A stretch of DNA of 64,000 nucleotides. Source: an uncultured delta proteobacterium (GTDB lineage Bacteria > Myxococcota_A > Polyangia > Polyangiales > JAFGIB01). Positions 49,662 to 59,067 of this stretch are shown here, piece by piece. Position 1 is the stretch's first letter. Every line of letters begins with the position of its first letter. The stretch covers positions 1,216,001 to 1,280,000 of the forward strand of contig CAVZVA010000010.1 in NCBI GenBank assembly GCA_963778655.1, in the 5' to 3' direction. Both the position numbers and the translations under genes were made by a program. The notes beneath the pieces are model-generated. The model saw only the letters and a list, made by a program, of their open reading frames with translations. It was not told where the DNA came from and ran no database searches.

Positions 49662-50648
49662 GTGCGCCTTCGGGGCAACGCGTGGCTGGCCGGCGTCTTC
49701 GTCGTGGTTGCAGCCGCCGCCGGCAGGGCGCGCGCCGCCCAGCTGCAGCTGCGCGCGCCCGAGTCATGTCCGGCCGAGGCCAGCGTCAAGGCGCAGGTCG
49801 AGCAGCTGCTCGATCGCCCGCTCGATGAGGTCGAGGGCGTCGACTTCGAAGCCACCATCGAACGCGTCTCGGCGCAGGACTGGCGGCTCACCCTGCGCAC
49901 GCTGCCGCGCGACCCGGGCGCGAAGCCGCGTACGCGCGAGCTCTCGGGCGCGAGCTGCGAGGGTGTGACCAGCGCGCTCGCGGTGGCGCTGGCGATGTCG
50001 ATCAAGGGCGAAGACGAGCAGGCGGAGCAGACGCCGGCGGTGCCGATTCCCGCGCCCGCTCCGGCGCGTGAAGCCGCGCCCGCGTCGAACGCGCCCGCGC
50101 GGGGCGAGGCGGCGAGCGCCGCGGCCGCCGGCGCTCCCGCGCGCTGGCGCTTCTCGCTCGGCGCCGGCGCGCTGCTGGACGGCGGCGCGCTGCCGCAGCT
50201 GGCGCCCGGCGCGCAGCTCGAGCTCGGGGCGAGCCTGAGCGCGCTGCGGCTCGGAGCGCTCGGCGCGCTGTTTCCGAGCCAGACCACGCACCTGCCGGGC
50301 AGCGCGCGCGGCGGTAGCTTCGTGCTCGGGCTGGGCGCGCTGCAGGTCTGCGCGCAGCCCGCGCTCGGGCGCTTCTGGCCCCTGGCCTGCGCCGGCTTCG
50401 AGCTGGGGCAGCTCTCCGGGCGCGGTCGCGGCGTGCTCAACACCCAGCTCGGCGGCGCGCTGTGGGCCGCCGCGCGGCTCGAGACGGGGGCCGGCTTCGA
50501 GCTGTTCGCCGGGCTACGCCTGATCGCCCGGGTGGGGCTCGCGCTGCCGCTCGTGCGCAGCAAGTTCGTGCTGGACGGCAAGAACCAGGTCCACCAGCCC
50601 GCAGCCGTGAGCGGCCGCGCCCTGCTCGGGCTCGAGCTCGCATTATGA
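49662..50648 (+). CDS. Exported protein with C-terminal beta-barrel-like region (first gene of an ECF triad)
   Basis: Signal peptide; APESCP...C..V..ALAV motif; alternating beta-strand C-terminus ending GLELAL. Confidence 0.7.
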   Translation: MRLRGNAWLAGVFVVVAAAAGRARAAQLQLRAPESCPAEASVKAQVEQLLDRPLDEVEGVDFEATIERVSAQDWRLTLRTLPRDPGAKPRTRELSGASCEGVTSALAVALAMSIKGEDEQAEQTPAVPIPAPAPAREAAPASNAPARGEAASAAAAGAPARWRFSLGAGALLDGGALPQLAPGAQLELGASLSALRLGALGALFPSQTTHLPGSARGGSFVLGLGALQVCAQPALGRFWPLACAGFELGQLSGRGRGVLNTQLGGALWAAARLETGAGFELFAGLRLIARVGLALPLVRSKFVLDGKNQVHQPAAVSGRALLGLELAL

Positions 50649-50655
50649 CCCAACG

Positions 50656-51255
50656 ATGACCCAACGGATCGCGCTGCTGCCGGACACTCATGCAGGGTTC
50701 CGTGTGAGCGCGCGCCCGGCAGGCAGCCCAGAGAGTCCGCCCGGCGCGGTCGAGCCCCGGGCCTTCGAGGCGATCTATGCCGAGCAGTTTTCGTTCGTGT
50801 GGCGTTGCCTGCGCAGCCTGGGCGTGGCGCCCGAGGCGCTCGACGACGCGGCCCAGGAGGTGTTCGTGGTCGCGCACCGCAGGCTCGCCGAGTTTCGCGG
50901 CGAGTCGAGCCTGCGCACCTGGCTGTACGGCATCCTGCGCAACGTCGCCGCCAACCAGCGGCGCGGTGCGCTGCGCCGCCTGCGCCAGCTGCCGCTGCTG
51001 CACGAGCCCGCGGCGCCCTCGCCCGGCCCGCACGAGCGCGCGCAGGATCGCGAGGCGGCTGCCTTCGTGCAGGGGTTTCTGGTCGAGCTCGACGACAAGA
51101 AGCGGGAGTTGTTCGTGTTGGCGCTGATCGAGCAGATGAGCATGCCGGAGGTCGCCCGCGCGCTCGGCATTCCCCTCAACACCGCCTACACGCGCCTGCG
51201 CAGCGTGCGGCTCGAGTTTCAACGCGCGCTCGCGCGTAAGCAAGGACGCCGATGA
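50656..51255 (+). CDS. ECF RNA polymerase sigma factor
   Basis: FVWR.LR.LG, DDAAQEVF, LRTWLYGI, EVARALGIP.NTAYTRL. Confidence 0.92.
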   Translation: MTQRIALLPDTHAGFRVSARPAGSPESPPGAVEPRAFEAIYAEQFSFVWRCLRSLGVAPEALDDAAQEVFVVAHRRLAEFRGESSLRTWLYGILRNVAANQRRGALRRLRQLPLLHEPAAPSPGPHERAQDREAAAFVQGFLVELDDKKRELFVLALIEQMSMPEVARALGIPLNTAYTRLRSVRLEFQRALARKQGRR

Positions 51256-52031
51256 ACGATCTGGACGTCGAGGCGATGCGCGTGCTCGAAGGCGCGCGAC
51301 GCGAGCTCGAGCCGAGTGCGGCCGACGCCGAGCGCGTGCTCGCGGCCACGCGCCGGGCGCTGCTCGCGGGGCACGCCGCAACGGCCGACGGCTCGCAGCA
51401 CGCGCAGGATGCGCTCCGGCCTTCGTCCGGGCGCCCGCTGCGCCGCGTTGCGGCGCGAGCGCTTGGCTCACGGCTGCTGGCCGCGCTGTGTCTGGCGGGG
51501 GCCTCCGGGGCTGCGGGCTACTACGCGGGCGAGCGTGCGGGGCGGCAGGAGCACTCGCAGGCGGTCGCCATCGCGCAGGTGCGTCCCCCGAGCGAGGGCG
51601 CCCGGCCGACGCAGCCCCTGCCGCCTCCCGCGGCCGCACCTGCCGCGTCCGCCGCGGTCCCGCCTGTGGCGACGCCTGCGCCTGGGCCGGCGCCGCGGTC
51701 CGCGCCGGCTGGCCGTGCAGCCGCCGCGCCGGTCGCCGCGGCCTCGCTCCAGCAGGAGTCGCGCATGCTCGCGCGCGTCGAACGCGCGCTACGCGAGCAC
51801 AATCCGCAGCAGGCGCTGGTGCTGCTCGGCGAGCTCGACCGCAAGCTGCCGGGGGGCCAGCTGCGCGAGGAGCGGCTCGCCGCGTTCATCATCGCGCGCT
51901 GCTCGCTCGGGCTGGGCTCGCCGGCGCTGCTGGTGGCGGAGTTCTCGCAGCACTATCCGGGCAGCGTGTACTTCGCGCGCGTGCGTCAGAGCTGCGCTGC
52001 CGGCGAGGATGCCGTGCTGCCGAACGAGTAG
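51252..52031 (+). CDS. Putative anti-sigma factor (TM + C-terminal TPR-like)
   Basis: ATGA overlap with the sigma gene; central TM, Pro-rich linker, L..E..L..V..AL...YPGS.Y tail. Confidence 0.7.
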   Translation: MNDLDVEAMRVLEGARRELEPSAADAERVLAATRRALLAGHAATADGSQHAQDALRPSSGRPLRRVAARALGSRLLAALCLAGASGAAGYYAGERAGRQEHSQAVAIAQVRPPSEGARPTQPLPPPAAAPAASAAVPPVATPAPGPAPRSAPAGRAAAAPVAAASLQQESRMLARVERALREHNPQQALVLLGELDRKLPGGQLREERLAAFIIARCSLGLGSPALLVAEFSQHYPGSVYFARVRQSCAAGEDAVLPNE

Positions 52032-52134
52032 CGAGGATCGCGATGCACGATTGCACAACGGATCGCAGACGCGCCGGACACCCAATGCCGGAAGGTCCGA
52101 GGACGTGCCCCGCGACCCACGAGGGAGAAAGCAG

Positions 52135-52881
52135 ATGAAGCAAGCTATCGATGCAACGTTTCTGTGCCTGCTCGCCGGCGCGCTCGGCGCATGCGCCGCG
52201 GGCAAGGTCGACATCGGCAATGACAAGCCGGCGGTCGCGCTCGGCGCGAGCTTGTCCGACTACCAGGGCAGCTGGCACGGCTACGCCGAAGCCTTCCAGT
52301 TCAGCGATGGCAGCGACAACGTCGCGCTCTCGCTCGACCAGAGCGGCGCCGGCTCGCTGTCCGTGGGCGACTCCGCTCCGCTACCGCCGCCCGACATCAC
52401 TCGCGGTTATCCGCCGACCGGCGAAAGCCCCGAGGCGATCAGGGACCAAGCGCCCGCTCTGGTGTCCGGCTTCGACTATCCCGTGGCCGGCGCGAAGGTG
52501 CAGAGCCGGCGCATTCAGCTCGCGACCTCGACCCGTGAGTTGTACCGGGCCTGGTGCGAGATGCAGGCGCCGATGCTCGCGGTTGGCACCTATCCGACGA
52601 CCTACGTGTGTCCGGGCGGCGGAGGCTACTCGTTCGGCGGCGACCCACCGGTGTGCATGGTTCCGGGGCCCGATCCCAACGACAGCAGCACCTACACGAC
52701 GATCGATTGCGGGGTGGCCATGACCTGCCTGCGCTGCACCTGCACCGAGACGAGCTGTTCGGTCACGACCGATCCGCCCGACGTGCAGCTCGACGCCGCG
52801 CTCGAGTCCGACGGGCAGGAGCTGGTCGGCACGCTGGTGCTCGATAGCACCCGCATCACCGTGCGCATGATGCGCGATTGA
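52135..52881 (+). CDS. Cys-rich hypothetical lipoprotein
   Basis: RBS gggag; lipobox LGAC; downstream of the ECF triad. Confidence 0.75.
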   Translation: MKQAIDATFLCLLAGALGACAAGKVDIGNDKPAVALGASLSDYQGSWHGYAEAFQFSDGSDNVALSLDQSGAGSLSVGDSAPLPPPDITRGYPPTGESPEAIRDQAPALVSGFDYPVAGAKVQSRRIQLATSTRELYRAWCEMQAPMLAVGTYPTTYVCPGGGGYSFGGDPPVCMVPGPDPNDSSTYTTIDCGVAMTCLRCTCTETSCSVTTDPPDVQLDAALESDGQELVGTLVLDSTRITVRMMRD

Positions 52882-52972
52882 GGCGAGGAGGCGAGCGCGG
52901 CGCCGTCCCGGAGCCATCCGAGATGTCGCCGCGCTTTGCCGCGTGCGCGGGTCGCCGCCGTGCCGCCGCGCG

Positions 52973-54175
52973 TCAGTTGCAGGAGCCGCCGGCCGAGGCG
53001 GGGAAGTAGTACGTGATGGCCATGCACATCTCGTTGGTGTCGGCCGAGGGGCCGGTAGTCACGACCTGGGGCAAATCGTTCTGATAGTCGCAGCGATAGT
53101 GCAGCTTCTCGCCGGGCTGGAAGGTCATGAAGGGCTCGGTGATCCACTTGCGCTCCATGGGCACCTCCCAGTCGGGCGAGCTCACCAGGGTTTCGCCCAT
53201 CGACCCGTCGGCCATCAGGCGTGAGATCGTGGCCATCGTTCCGCGCCGGTGCTCGTGGGTCAGCATGTAGAAGAACTTCGCGCCCGGTCCCGGCGTGCAG
53301 TCGCCCTCGACGGTCTGCGTGCCGTTCGGGGGAATGAAGATGCCGGTGTTGTAGCTGATCAGCGGTGCCGCCTGCTGGAACTCGCCCTGGGCGAAGATCA
53401 CGTTGAGCGTCACGTGCGCCTGCAGCGTCTGCTGCGTGGTGTTGATGTAGTGCATGTCGAACGCGATGCGCTGGCGTGATCCGAGCGCGAACGCCACCCC
53501 CTCTGGAATCTGCAGGTCGATGTGGGGCTGGGCCGAGCTGTAGATCCAGCTCTGGAAGCCCGTGATGCAGCCGTTCTGGTCCATCGTGCCCACCGGCGTG
53601 GCGTCGTTGTCGGTCTTGTAGAGGATGAAATGATGGCTGCCCGCCGCCATCACCGACTCGTAGTAGTGGACGTTGATCGGGCCGTCGACGGGGATTTCGG
53701 TGTGATAGCAGGCGAACTTCTCCGCACCTGGAGGGACTTCGAACATCGGGGTCGAGATCTGCACGCCCTCGCCCGGTGCGGGCGCCATCAGCGTTTTGGT
53801 TGCAGGGTCGTACAGGCTCAGCGGGCTGGTGCCCGGTGCGGGCGCCGCGGCTGCGCCCGCGGCACCCATCATCAGTGGCGCCGCTGCACCCCCGGTGCCC
53901 ATGGTCGTCGCCGGTCCGGGCACGGTCGGCACCACCGCCGGGGCGCTTGCTCCTGCTGCGCCGGGTAGGGGGTTTGTGTTCGTTCCGGTCGTGCTTCCCG
54001 CTGCCGGCAGCGTGTTCATGGGAACCGGATTGGTGCCCACGCTCGTCACCGGCGGCGAGACCGTAACTCCGGGCCGCGGGCCGGTGGAGTTGTTGCTGCC
54101 GCACGCGCAGAGTGAAGCCACTGCGATCGCGAAGGCGGTCGCCCACGCGATCGGGGAAGATTGACGATTGATCAT
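52973..54175 (-). CDS. Copper type II (PHM/DBH-like) monooxygenase-like lipoprotein
   Basis: RBS ggagg; lipobox LCAC; SHH, MHYIN, THEH, EMC. Confidence 0.78.
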   Translation of the reverse strand: MINRQSSPIAWATAFAIAVASLCACGSNNSTGPRPGVTVSPPVTSVGTNPVPMNTLPAAGSTTGTNTNPLPGAAGASAPAVVPTVPGPATTMGTGGAAAPLMMGAAGAAAAPAPGTSPLSLYDPATKTLMAPAPGEGVQISTPMFEVPPGAEKFACYHTEIPVDGPINVHYYESVMAAGSHHFILYKTDNDATPVGTMDQNGCITGFQSWIYSSAQPHIDLQIPEGVAFALGSRQRIAFDMHYINTTQQTLQAHVTLNVIFAQGEFQQAAPLISYNTGIFIPPNGTQTVEGDCTPGPGAKFFYMLTHEHRRGTMATISRLMADGSMGETLVSSPDWEVPMERKWITEPFMTFQPGEKLHYRCDYQNDLPQVVTTGPSADTNEMCMAITYYFPASAGGSCN

Positions 54176-54757
54176 TTCTAACACCTCCGTGCGTAGACCC
54201 AAGCGAGGCCTGCGCGTCGGACACCACGCACCGATCGCGAAATGGGCCATGGCCAGCGTGCCCGTGGATCGCGACGTTTATATAACTAGCGAAAACCAGA
54301 CAGGTTGCCCAGTCCACTTTGTGGGGAAAAGCCAAGATCCGGTCGGTGCCGAAGCTTCGCGGGGTCCGCGCTGACCGCAGGTGCGGCCGTACGCGTGACG
54401 GTGGGCGGACCCTGATGCAATCGGCTTGGCCGAGCCCAGGGGACTGCTCGCAACCGCGGGTCAGCTGGTGCACTGACACAGCTCTCGCCAAAGATTTGCC
54501 AAGAATTTCTCCAGGGCTCTTCGGCCGAAAAACACGCCGGCACCCAGGACGCGTGATCGCATGCGGGGTAGATCTCCGTAGTGGGCAGGTGGGTCACCGT
54601 GGTGGAGACTGCGCGCTCTTCGTGTTGCACCTGGGTTCGGCTGGCTCGGCTTGCGGGCCGAAGAAACCCTCCAGGGGGTGCATGCGGAAGCGCAGGTTTG
54701 CTGGCCTCGGAGGGCCCCGCGCCTGGGATACATGAACGCGGCGAAGGAGGTCTGACC

Positions 54758-55885
54758 ATGGCACGAAGCGGGATCCTGATTGCGGCGGTGCTGCTGTGTT
54801 GGGGCTGTGCGGCCTCCTCGAACGGCTCGAACCAGCCGGCGGGGACGGGGGGAAGCTCGGTCGCCGCAGGCGCGATCGGAACGGGCGGCACGGTGGCCGG
54901 GACCGGCGGCATGACCGCGCCGGGCGCTCAGGGCGGCACGTCGACCGGCGGCACACCGGCGCTGGTCGGCACCGGTGGCATGGCGCCCGTGGCCATGGGC
55001 ACGGGTGGCGGCGTCAGCATGCCGCCGGGGACGGGAGGGATGGGCGCCGTGGGTCAAGGCATGGCCGGCAGCGGTCCGGTGGACAACACCGGCAACGTCA
55101 TGACCTCGTCGGACCCGAAGATCCCGCCCGTCACGGGTGACTGCCCGCCATTCGCCGAGGGCACCACCACCATGGACTTCATGGGCTTCACGGGCGCCAT
55201 CTTCGAGGTCGGGCCCAAGGCCAACGGCACCGGCTCGCTGATCTTCTACTGGCACGGCACCGGCTCGTTCTCCGGCGAGTACGCGACCTCCACCGTCCCG
55301 GGGCCGGTCCTGTCGGACCTCAAGGCCAAGGGCGGCATCCTGGTCTCGCCGCAGGCCGGCACCGGCACCGGCGGCGACTGCTCGGGCACGGGGACCTTCG
55401 CCATGGACGACTTCAAGACCGCCGATGAGATCGCGGCTTGTGCGGTGCGCGACTGGAACATCGATCCGCACCGTATCTACGCCACGGGTTGCAGCGCCGG
55501 CGGGCTGCAGTCGGGTTGCATGGCGATGATGCGCTCGAGCTATATGGCGGCGGCGGTGCCGAACTCCGGCGGCGAGGTGTTCCCGATTCCGGCCGAGGAC
55601 AGTCACATCCCGGCCATAATGACGATCCACGGCGCGCCGGGCTCCGACGTGGTGATCGTGGACTTCTCACAAACCAGCGCCACCATGGATGACGCGATCA
55701 AGATGGCGGGGGGCTTCGCGATCGACTGCAACCACGGCGGCGGCCACTGCGGCTTGCCGTCGCTGCCGGCCGACGTGGCCATGGCGGGCTGGCAGTTCAT
55801 GCAGGATCATCCCTTCGGCGTGAGTCCCGAGCCGTACGCCACGAGCTTGCCCTCGAGCTTTCCCAGCTACTGCAAGATCTGGTAG
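54758..55885 (+). CDS. Alpha/beta-hydrolase lipoprotein (esterase/PHB depolymerase-like)
   Basis: RBS aaggagg; lipobox CWGC; WHGTG, nucleophile elbow GCSAGG, HG...D, GGGHC. Confidence 0.8.
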   Translation: MARSGILIAAVLLCWGCAASSNGSNQPAGTGGSSVAAGAIGTGGTVAGTGGMTAPGAQGGTSTGGTPALVGTGGMAPVAMGTGGGVSMPPGTGGMGAVGQGMAGSGPVDNTGNVMTSSDPKIPPVTGDCPPFAEGTTTMDFMGFTGAIFEVGPKANGTGSLIFYWHGTGSFSGEYATSTVPGPVLSDLKAKGGILVSPQAGTGTGGDCSGTGTFAMDDFKTADEIAACAVRDWNIDPHRIYATGCSAGGLQSGCMAMMRSSYMAAAVPNSGGEVFPIPAEDSHIPAIMTIHGAPGSDVVIVDFSQTSATMDDAIKMAGGFAIDCNHGGGHCGLPSLPADVAMAGWQFMQDHPFGVSPEPYATSLPSSFPSYCKIW

Positions 55886-55910
55886 CCGCCGGCGCGCCGG
55901 TGCACTTGCC

Positions 55911-56561
55911 TCAGGGGCAGCCTGACCCCGTCGCCGTACCGGACGCGGGGTCGGAGCCCGGGCTCGCGGCCGGCGGCACCCCGAACACGTTGCGCGCGAG
56001 CGCGTCGAGGTCCGACAGTCCTGCGTACGCGCCGAGGTTGCCGTCGAGCCAGAGCGTGGCCAGGCCATGCGCCAGCGCCCACGCCGAGGTCGCGCGCAGC
56101 GCGAGCGTTTCGGGCGTGGGCTCGCCGCCGATCGCGTCGCGCACCACGCCCAACAACTGTTCGTAGGCGCTACGCGAGGCGTGCGCGAGCGCGGCATCGC
56201 CCTTGCGCAGCAGCTCGGGGCGGAACATCAACTCGAAGTGCGCCCGCTGCTCGACCGCGAACATCACGTACGCCCAGCCGGTCCACGCGAAGCGCAGCAG
56301 GGGGTCGCTGCCGCCGCGCTCGGCGGCCTGCCGCTGCGACTCGGCGAAGCGGATGAAGCCGTCGATCGCAAGCGCGGTCAGCAGTCCCGCCTTGTCGCTG
56401 AAGTGGTGGGCGGGGGCCGCGTGCGAGACCCCGGCGCGCCGTGCGACCTCGCGCAGGCTGACCCCGGAAGGGCCCTGCTCGCGCACCAGCTCCAGCGCGG
56501 CCTGCAGCAGCGCCTCCCGCAGGTGACCGTGATGATAGGCAGGCTTTCGAGCGCGTGGCAT
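55911..56561 (-). CDS. TetR family transcriptional regulator (WHG-type C-terminus)
   Basis: YHHG.LR.ALL, SLREVARRAGVSHAAP.HHF, WALAHGLA.L. Confidence 0.92.
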   Translation of the reverse strand: MPRARKPAYHHGHLREALLQAALELVREQGPSGVSLREVARRAGVSHAAPAHHFSDKAGLLTALAIDGFIRFAESQRQAAERGGSDPLLRFAWTGWAYVMFAVEQRAHFELMFRPELLRKGDAALAHASRSAYEQLLGVVRDAIGGEPTPETLALRATSAWALAHGLATLWLDGNLGAYAGLSDLDALARNVFGVPPAASPGSDPASGTATGSGCP

Positions 56562-56575
56562 ACCGCAAAGATAGG

Positions 56576-56627
56576 TCTTGACAGCGTCAAGATACAGCGG
56601 CAAGGTCCATCTTGACATTGACAAGAT
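56576..56627. promoter_or_regulatory. Two palindromic operator candidates between the TetR and oxygenase genes
   Basis: tcttgac-agc-gtcaaga (56576-56592) and atcttgac-att-gacaagat (56609-56627). Confidence 0.8.
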
Positions 56628-56669
56628 TGCGGCCCGCCGAGCGCGGCCGTCCCGGAAAGGATCCCCGCC

Positions 56670-58058
56670 ATGACCCAGACCCCGTCCTCCGCCGCGGCTC
56701 CGAGCGAGCCGCAGTCCCAGCCCTTGCCCGAGCACCCCCACCTGAGGGGCAACTTCGCACCGGTGCCGCAGGAGCAGACCCTGGGCGAGCTGCGCGTGCG
56801 CGGCGCGCTGCCACCCGAGCTCAACGGCGTGCTGATGCGCAACGGCCCCAATCCGGTGGGCCCGATCTCGCCCAACCACCACTGGTTCGCGGGCGACGCC
56901 ATGCTGCACGCGGTCGAGCTGCGCGGCGGCCGCGCGCTCGGCTACCGCAACCGCTTCGTGCGCACGGCCCACGTCGAGCAGGTGCTGGGCCTGCCCGCGG
57001 CGCCCGTGAGCCCGCATCAGCCCTTCGTGCAGGGCTCGGGCTCGGTCAACGTTGTTCGCCACGCCGGCCGCGTGCTCGCGCTGGGCGAGGCCGGTCTTCC
57101 CTACGCGCTCAGCCGCGAGCTGCAGACGCTCGGCCAGCACGACTACGATGGCCAGCTGCGCTCGAGCATGACCGCGCACCCCAAGCTCGACCCGGTCACC
57201 GGCGAGCTGTTCTTTTTCGGCTACGACATCGGTCCGGTGACCCTGCGCTACCACGTGGCCGATGCGCAGGGCCGCTTGCGCAAGAGCCTCGAGATAAAGA
57301 CCAAGGGGCCGACCATGATGCACGACTTCGGCGTGACCGAGACGCGCGTGGTGTTCATGGACTTGCCGGTCGTGCTCGACCTGTCGCTTTTCGAGCGTGG
57401 CTACGCGATTCCCTACCGCTGGGACGAGAGCTACGGCGCGCGGCTGGGCGTGATGCGGCGTGACGGCGACGGCAGCGATCTGCGCTGGTTCGAGATCCCG
57501 CCCTGCTACGTCTATCACCCGTTCAACGCCTATGACGACGGCGAGCGAATCGTGATGCATGTGGTCGAGCACGCCCGCACCTTCGCGCACAGCCTGACCG
57601 GCCCCGAGGATCCGAGCTCGCCGCGCTGCGTGCGCTGGGAGATCGACGCGGCCCGCGGGGCGCTCGACCGCCACGTGCTCGACGAGCGCGGCCAGGAGTT
57701 TCCGCGCATCGACCCGCGCCGCGCCGCGCGCCGCCACCGCTACGGCTACAGCGTGCAAACCAGCTGGGACGGCACCGGTGTCGGCTTCGGCGGCTTGCTC
57801 AAGCACGACTTCGAGCGCGGCACCAGCGAAGCGCACGCGCTCGCGCCGGGCCAGGCCGCGAGCGAAGGCGTGTTCGTGCCGGTGGGCGCGGGCGAGGACG
57901 AGGGTTACGTGGTCGCGCCCGTGTTCGACGCCGGCAAGGGCACGAGCGAGGTGCGGGTGATCGACGCCCAGCGCTTCAGCGCGGCGCCGCTCGCGGTGAT
58001 CGAGCTTCCCGTGCGCATCCCGTTCGGCTTCCACGGCGATTTCTTCGCCGACGCGTGA
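56670..58058 (+). CDS. Carotenoid oxygenase (RPE65/lignostilbene dioxygenase family)
   Basis: GNFAPV, RNGPNP, HWF.GD, TAHPK, MHDF, YH.FNA, EFPRI, P.GFHG (four His ligands present). Confidence 0.93.
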   Translation: MTQTPSSAAAPSEPQSQPLPEHPHLRGNFAPVPQEQTLGELRVRGALPPELNGVLMRNGPNPVGPISPNHHWFAGDAMLHAVELRGGRALGYRNRFVRTAHVEQVLGLPAAPVSPHQPFVQGSGSVNVVRHAGRVLALGEAGLPYALSRELQTLGQHDYDGQLRSSMTAHPKLDPVTGELFFFGYDIGPVTLRYHVADAQGRLRKSLEIKTKGPTMMHDFGVTETRVVFMDLPVVLDLSLFERGYAIPYRWDESYGARLGVMRRDGDGSDLRWFEIPPCYVYHPFNAYDDGERIVMHVVEHARTFAHSLTGPEDPSSPRCVRWEIDAARGALDRHVLDERGQEFPRIDPRRAARRHRYGYSVQTSWDGTGVGFGGLLKHDFERGTSEAHALAPGQAASEGVFVPVGAGEDEGYVVAPVFDAGKGTSEVRVIDAQRFSAAPLAVIELPVRIPFGFHGDFFADA

Positions 58059-58066
58059 AGAGTCTT

Positions 58067-58390
58067 GGAGCCGGGAGGGGCGCGCGCCCCTCCCGGTGAT
58101 GGAGCCGGGCGAGCACGCGCGAGCGAAGCGAGCCTCGGGGGAGGGTGGGCCCCGTTGGGCTTGGCCCAACGGGCGGAAGGGGCGCGTGCCCCTGGCGGAG
58201 CCGGGCGAGCACGCGCGAGCGAAGCGAGCCTCGGGGGAGGGTGGGCCCCGTTGGGCTTGGCCCAACGGGCGGAAGGGGCGCGTGCCCCTGGCGGAGCCGG
58301 GCGAGCACGCGCGAGCGAAGCGAGCCTCGGGGGAGGGTGGGCCCCGTTGGGCTTGGCCCAACGGGCGGGAGGGGCGTGTGCCCCTCCCGG
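58067..58390 (+). repeat. BIME-like tandem array: three 96-bp units of a hairpin-rich element plus a leading hairpin
   Basis: Units start at 58101, 58197 and 58293; lies between convergent genes. Confidence 0.92.
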
Positions 58391-58400
58391 TCAGGAGACC

Positions 58401-59048
58401 TTACGGAAGATGCTCGGCCAGGGCTTCGCGCAGCTTGTGGCGCGCGCGGTGCAGTAGCACCCGCTGGTTGGTGGCGCTGAGCTCCAGCAGCGAGCACACG
58501 TCGGCCGCGTCGAGCTGCGCCACGTCGCGCAGCTCGACGACCAAGCGCTGCTGCTCGGGCAGCTCCGCGATCGCGCGCTTGACGTGCTCGCGCAGCTGCT
58601 GATCGGCCGCCAGGCGTTCGGGCGTGAGCGTGTCGCCGAGCGCGCGCGGGGGGCTGCGCCACGCGCCCTCGGCGTTGAACGCGTCGGCCGGCGGCGCCCG
58701 CTGGCCCTCCGCCAAGGCGGAGAACGGGAGCGAGCGTCGCTCGCGCGCGGCTCGTGTGCGCGCGCGATTGAGCAGGATGCGCACCACCCAGGTCTTGAGG
58801 CTGGAGCGCCCTTCGAAGCCGGGCAGCCCTTCGAGCACCGCGAGCCAGGTGTCCTGCGCCACCTCTTCGCCGACCGCGGCGTCGTGCACGATTGCACTGG
58901 CCAACCGCAGCAGCAGCGGCTGCAGCTCGACGAACACGCGCTGAAACGCGTGCTCGTCGCCGGCCAGCAGGCGCGCGACCAGCTCGCGGTCCGCGGACGG
59001 CGAGGAGGGGCGAGCCGCGTGCGCCGCGACCGGAGCTTGCACCATCAT
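58401..59048 (-). CDS. ECF RNA polymerase sigma factor
   Basis: D.ELV..L.AGD..AF, EEVAQDTW, FEGRSSLKTW, LP..QR.V..LRD, NQRVLLHRAR. Confidence 0.92.
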   Translation of the reverse strand: MMVQAPVAAHAARPSSPSADRELVARLLAGDEHAFQRVFVELQPLLLRLASAIVHDAAVGEEVAQDTWLAVLEGLPGFEGRSSLKTWVVRILLNRARTRAARERRSLPFSALAEGQRAPPADAFNAEGAWRSPPRALGDTLTPERLAADQQLREHVKRAIAELPEQQRLVVELRDVAQLDAADVCSLLELSATNQRVLLHRARHKLREALAEHLP

Positions 59049-59067
59049 CGGTGGCCTCCCGTGCGTT

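Noticed and set aside
55911..58361. 816-aa ORF with repeated N-terminus fused to TetR
   Set aside because: Shadow ORF antisense to the carotenoid oxygenase and running through the repeat; only 55911..56561 is TetR
58101..58388. Possible CRISPR array
   Set aside because: Units are near-identical along their whole 96 bp, with no unique spacers and no cas genes
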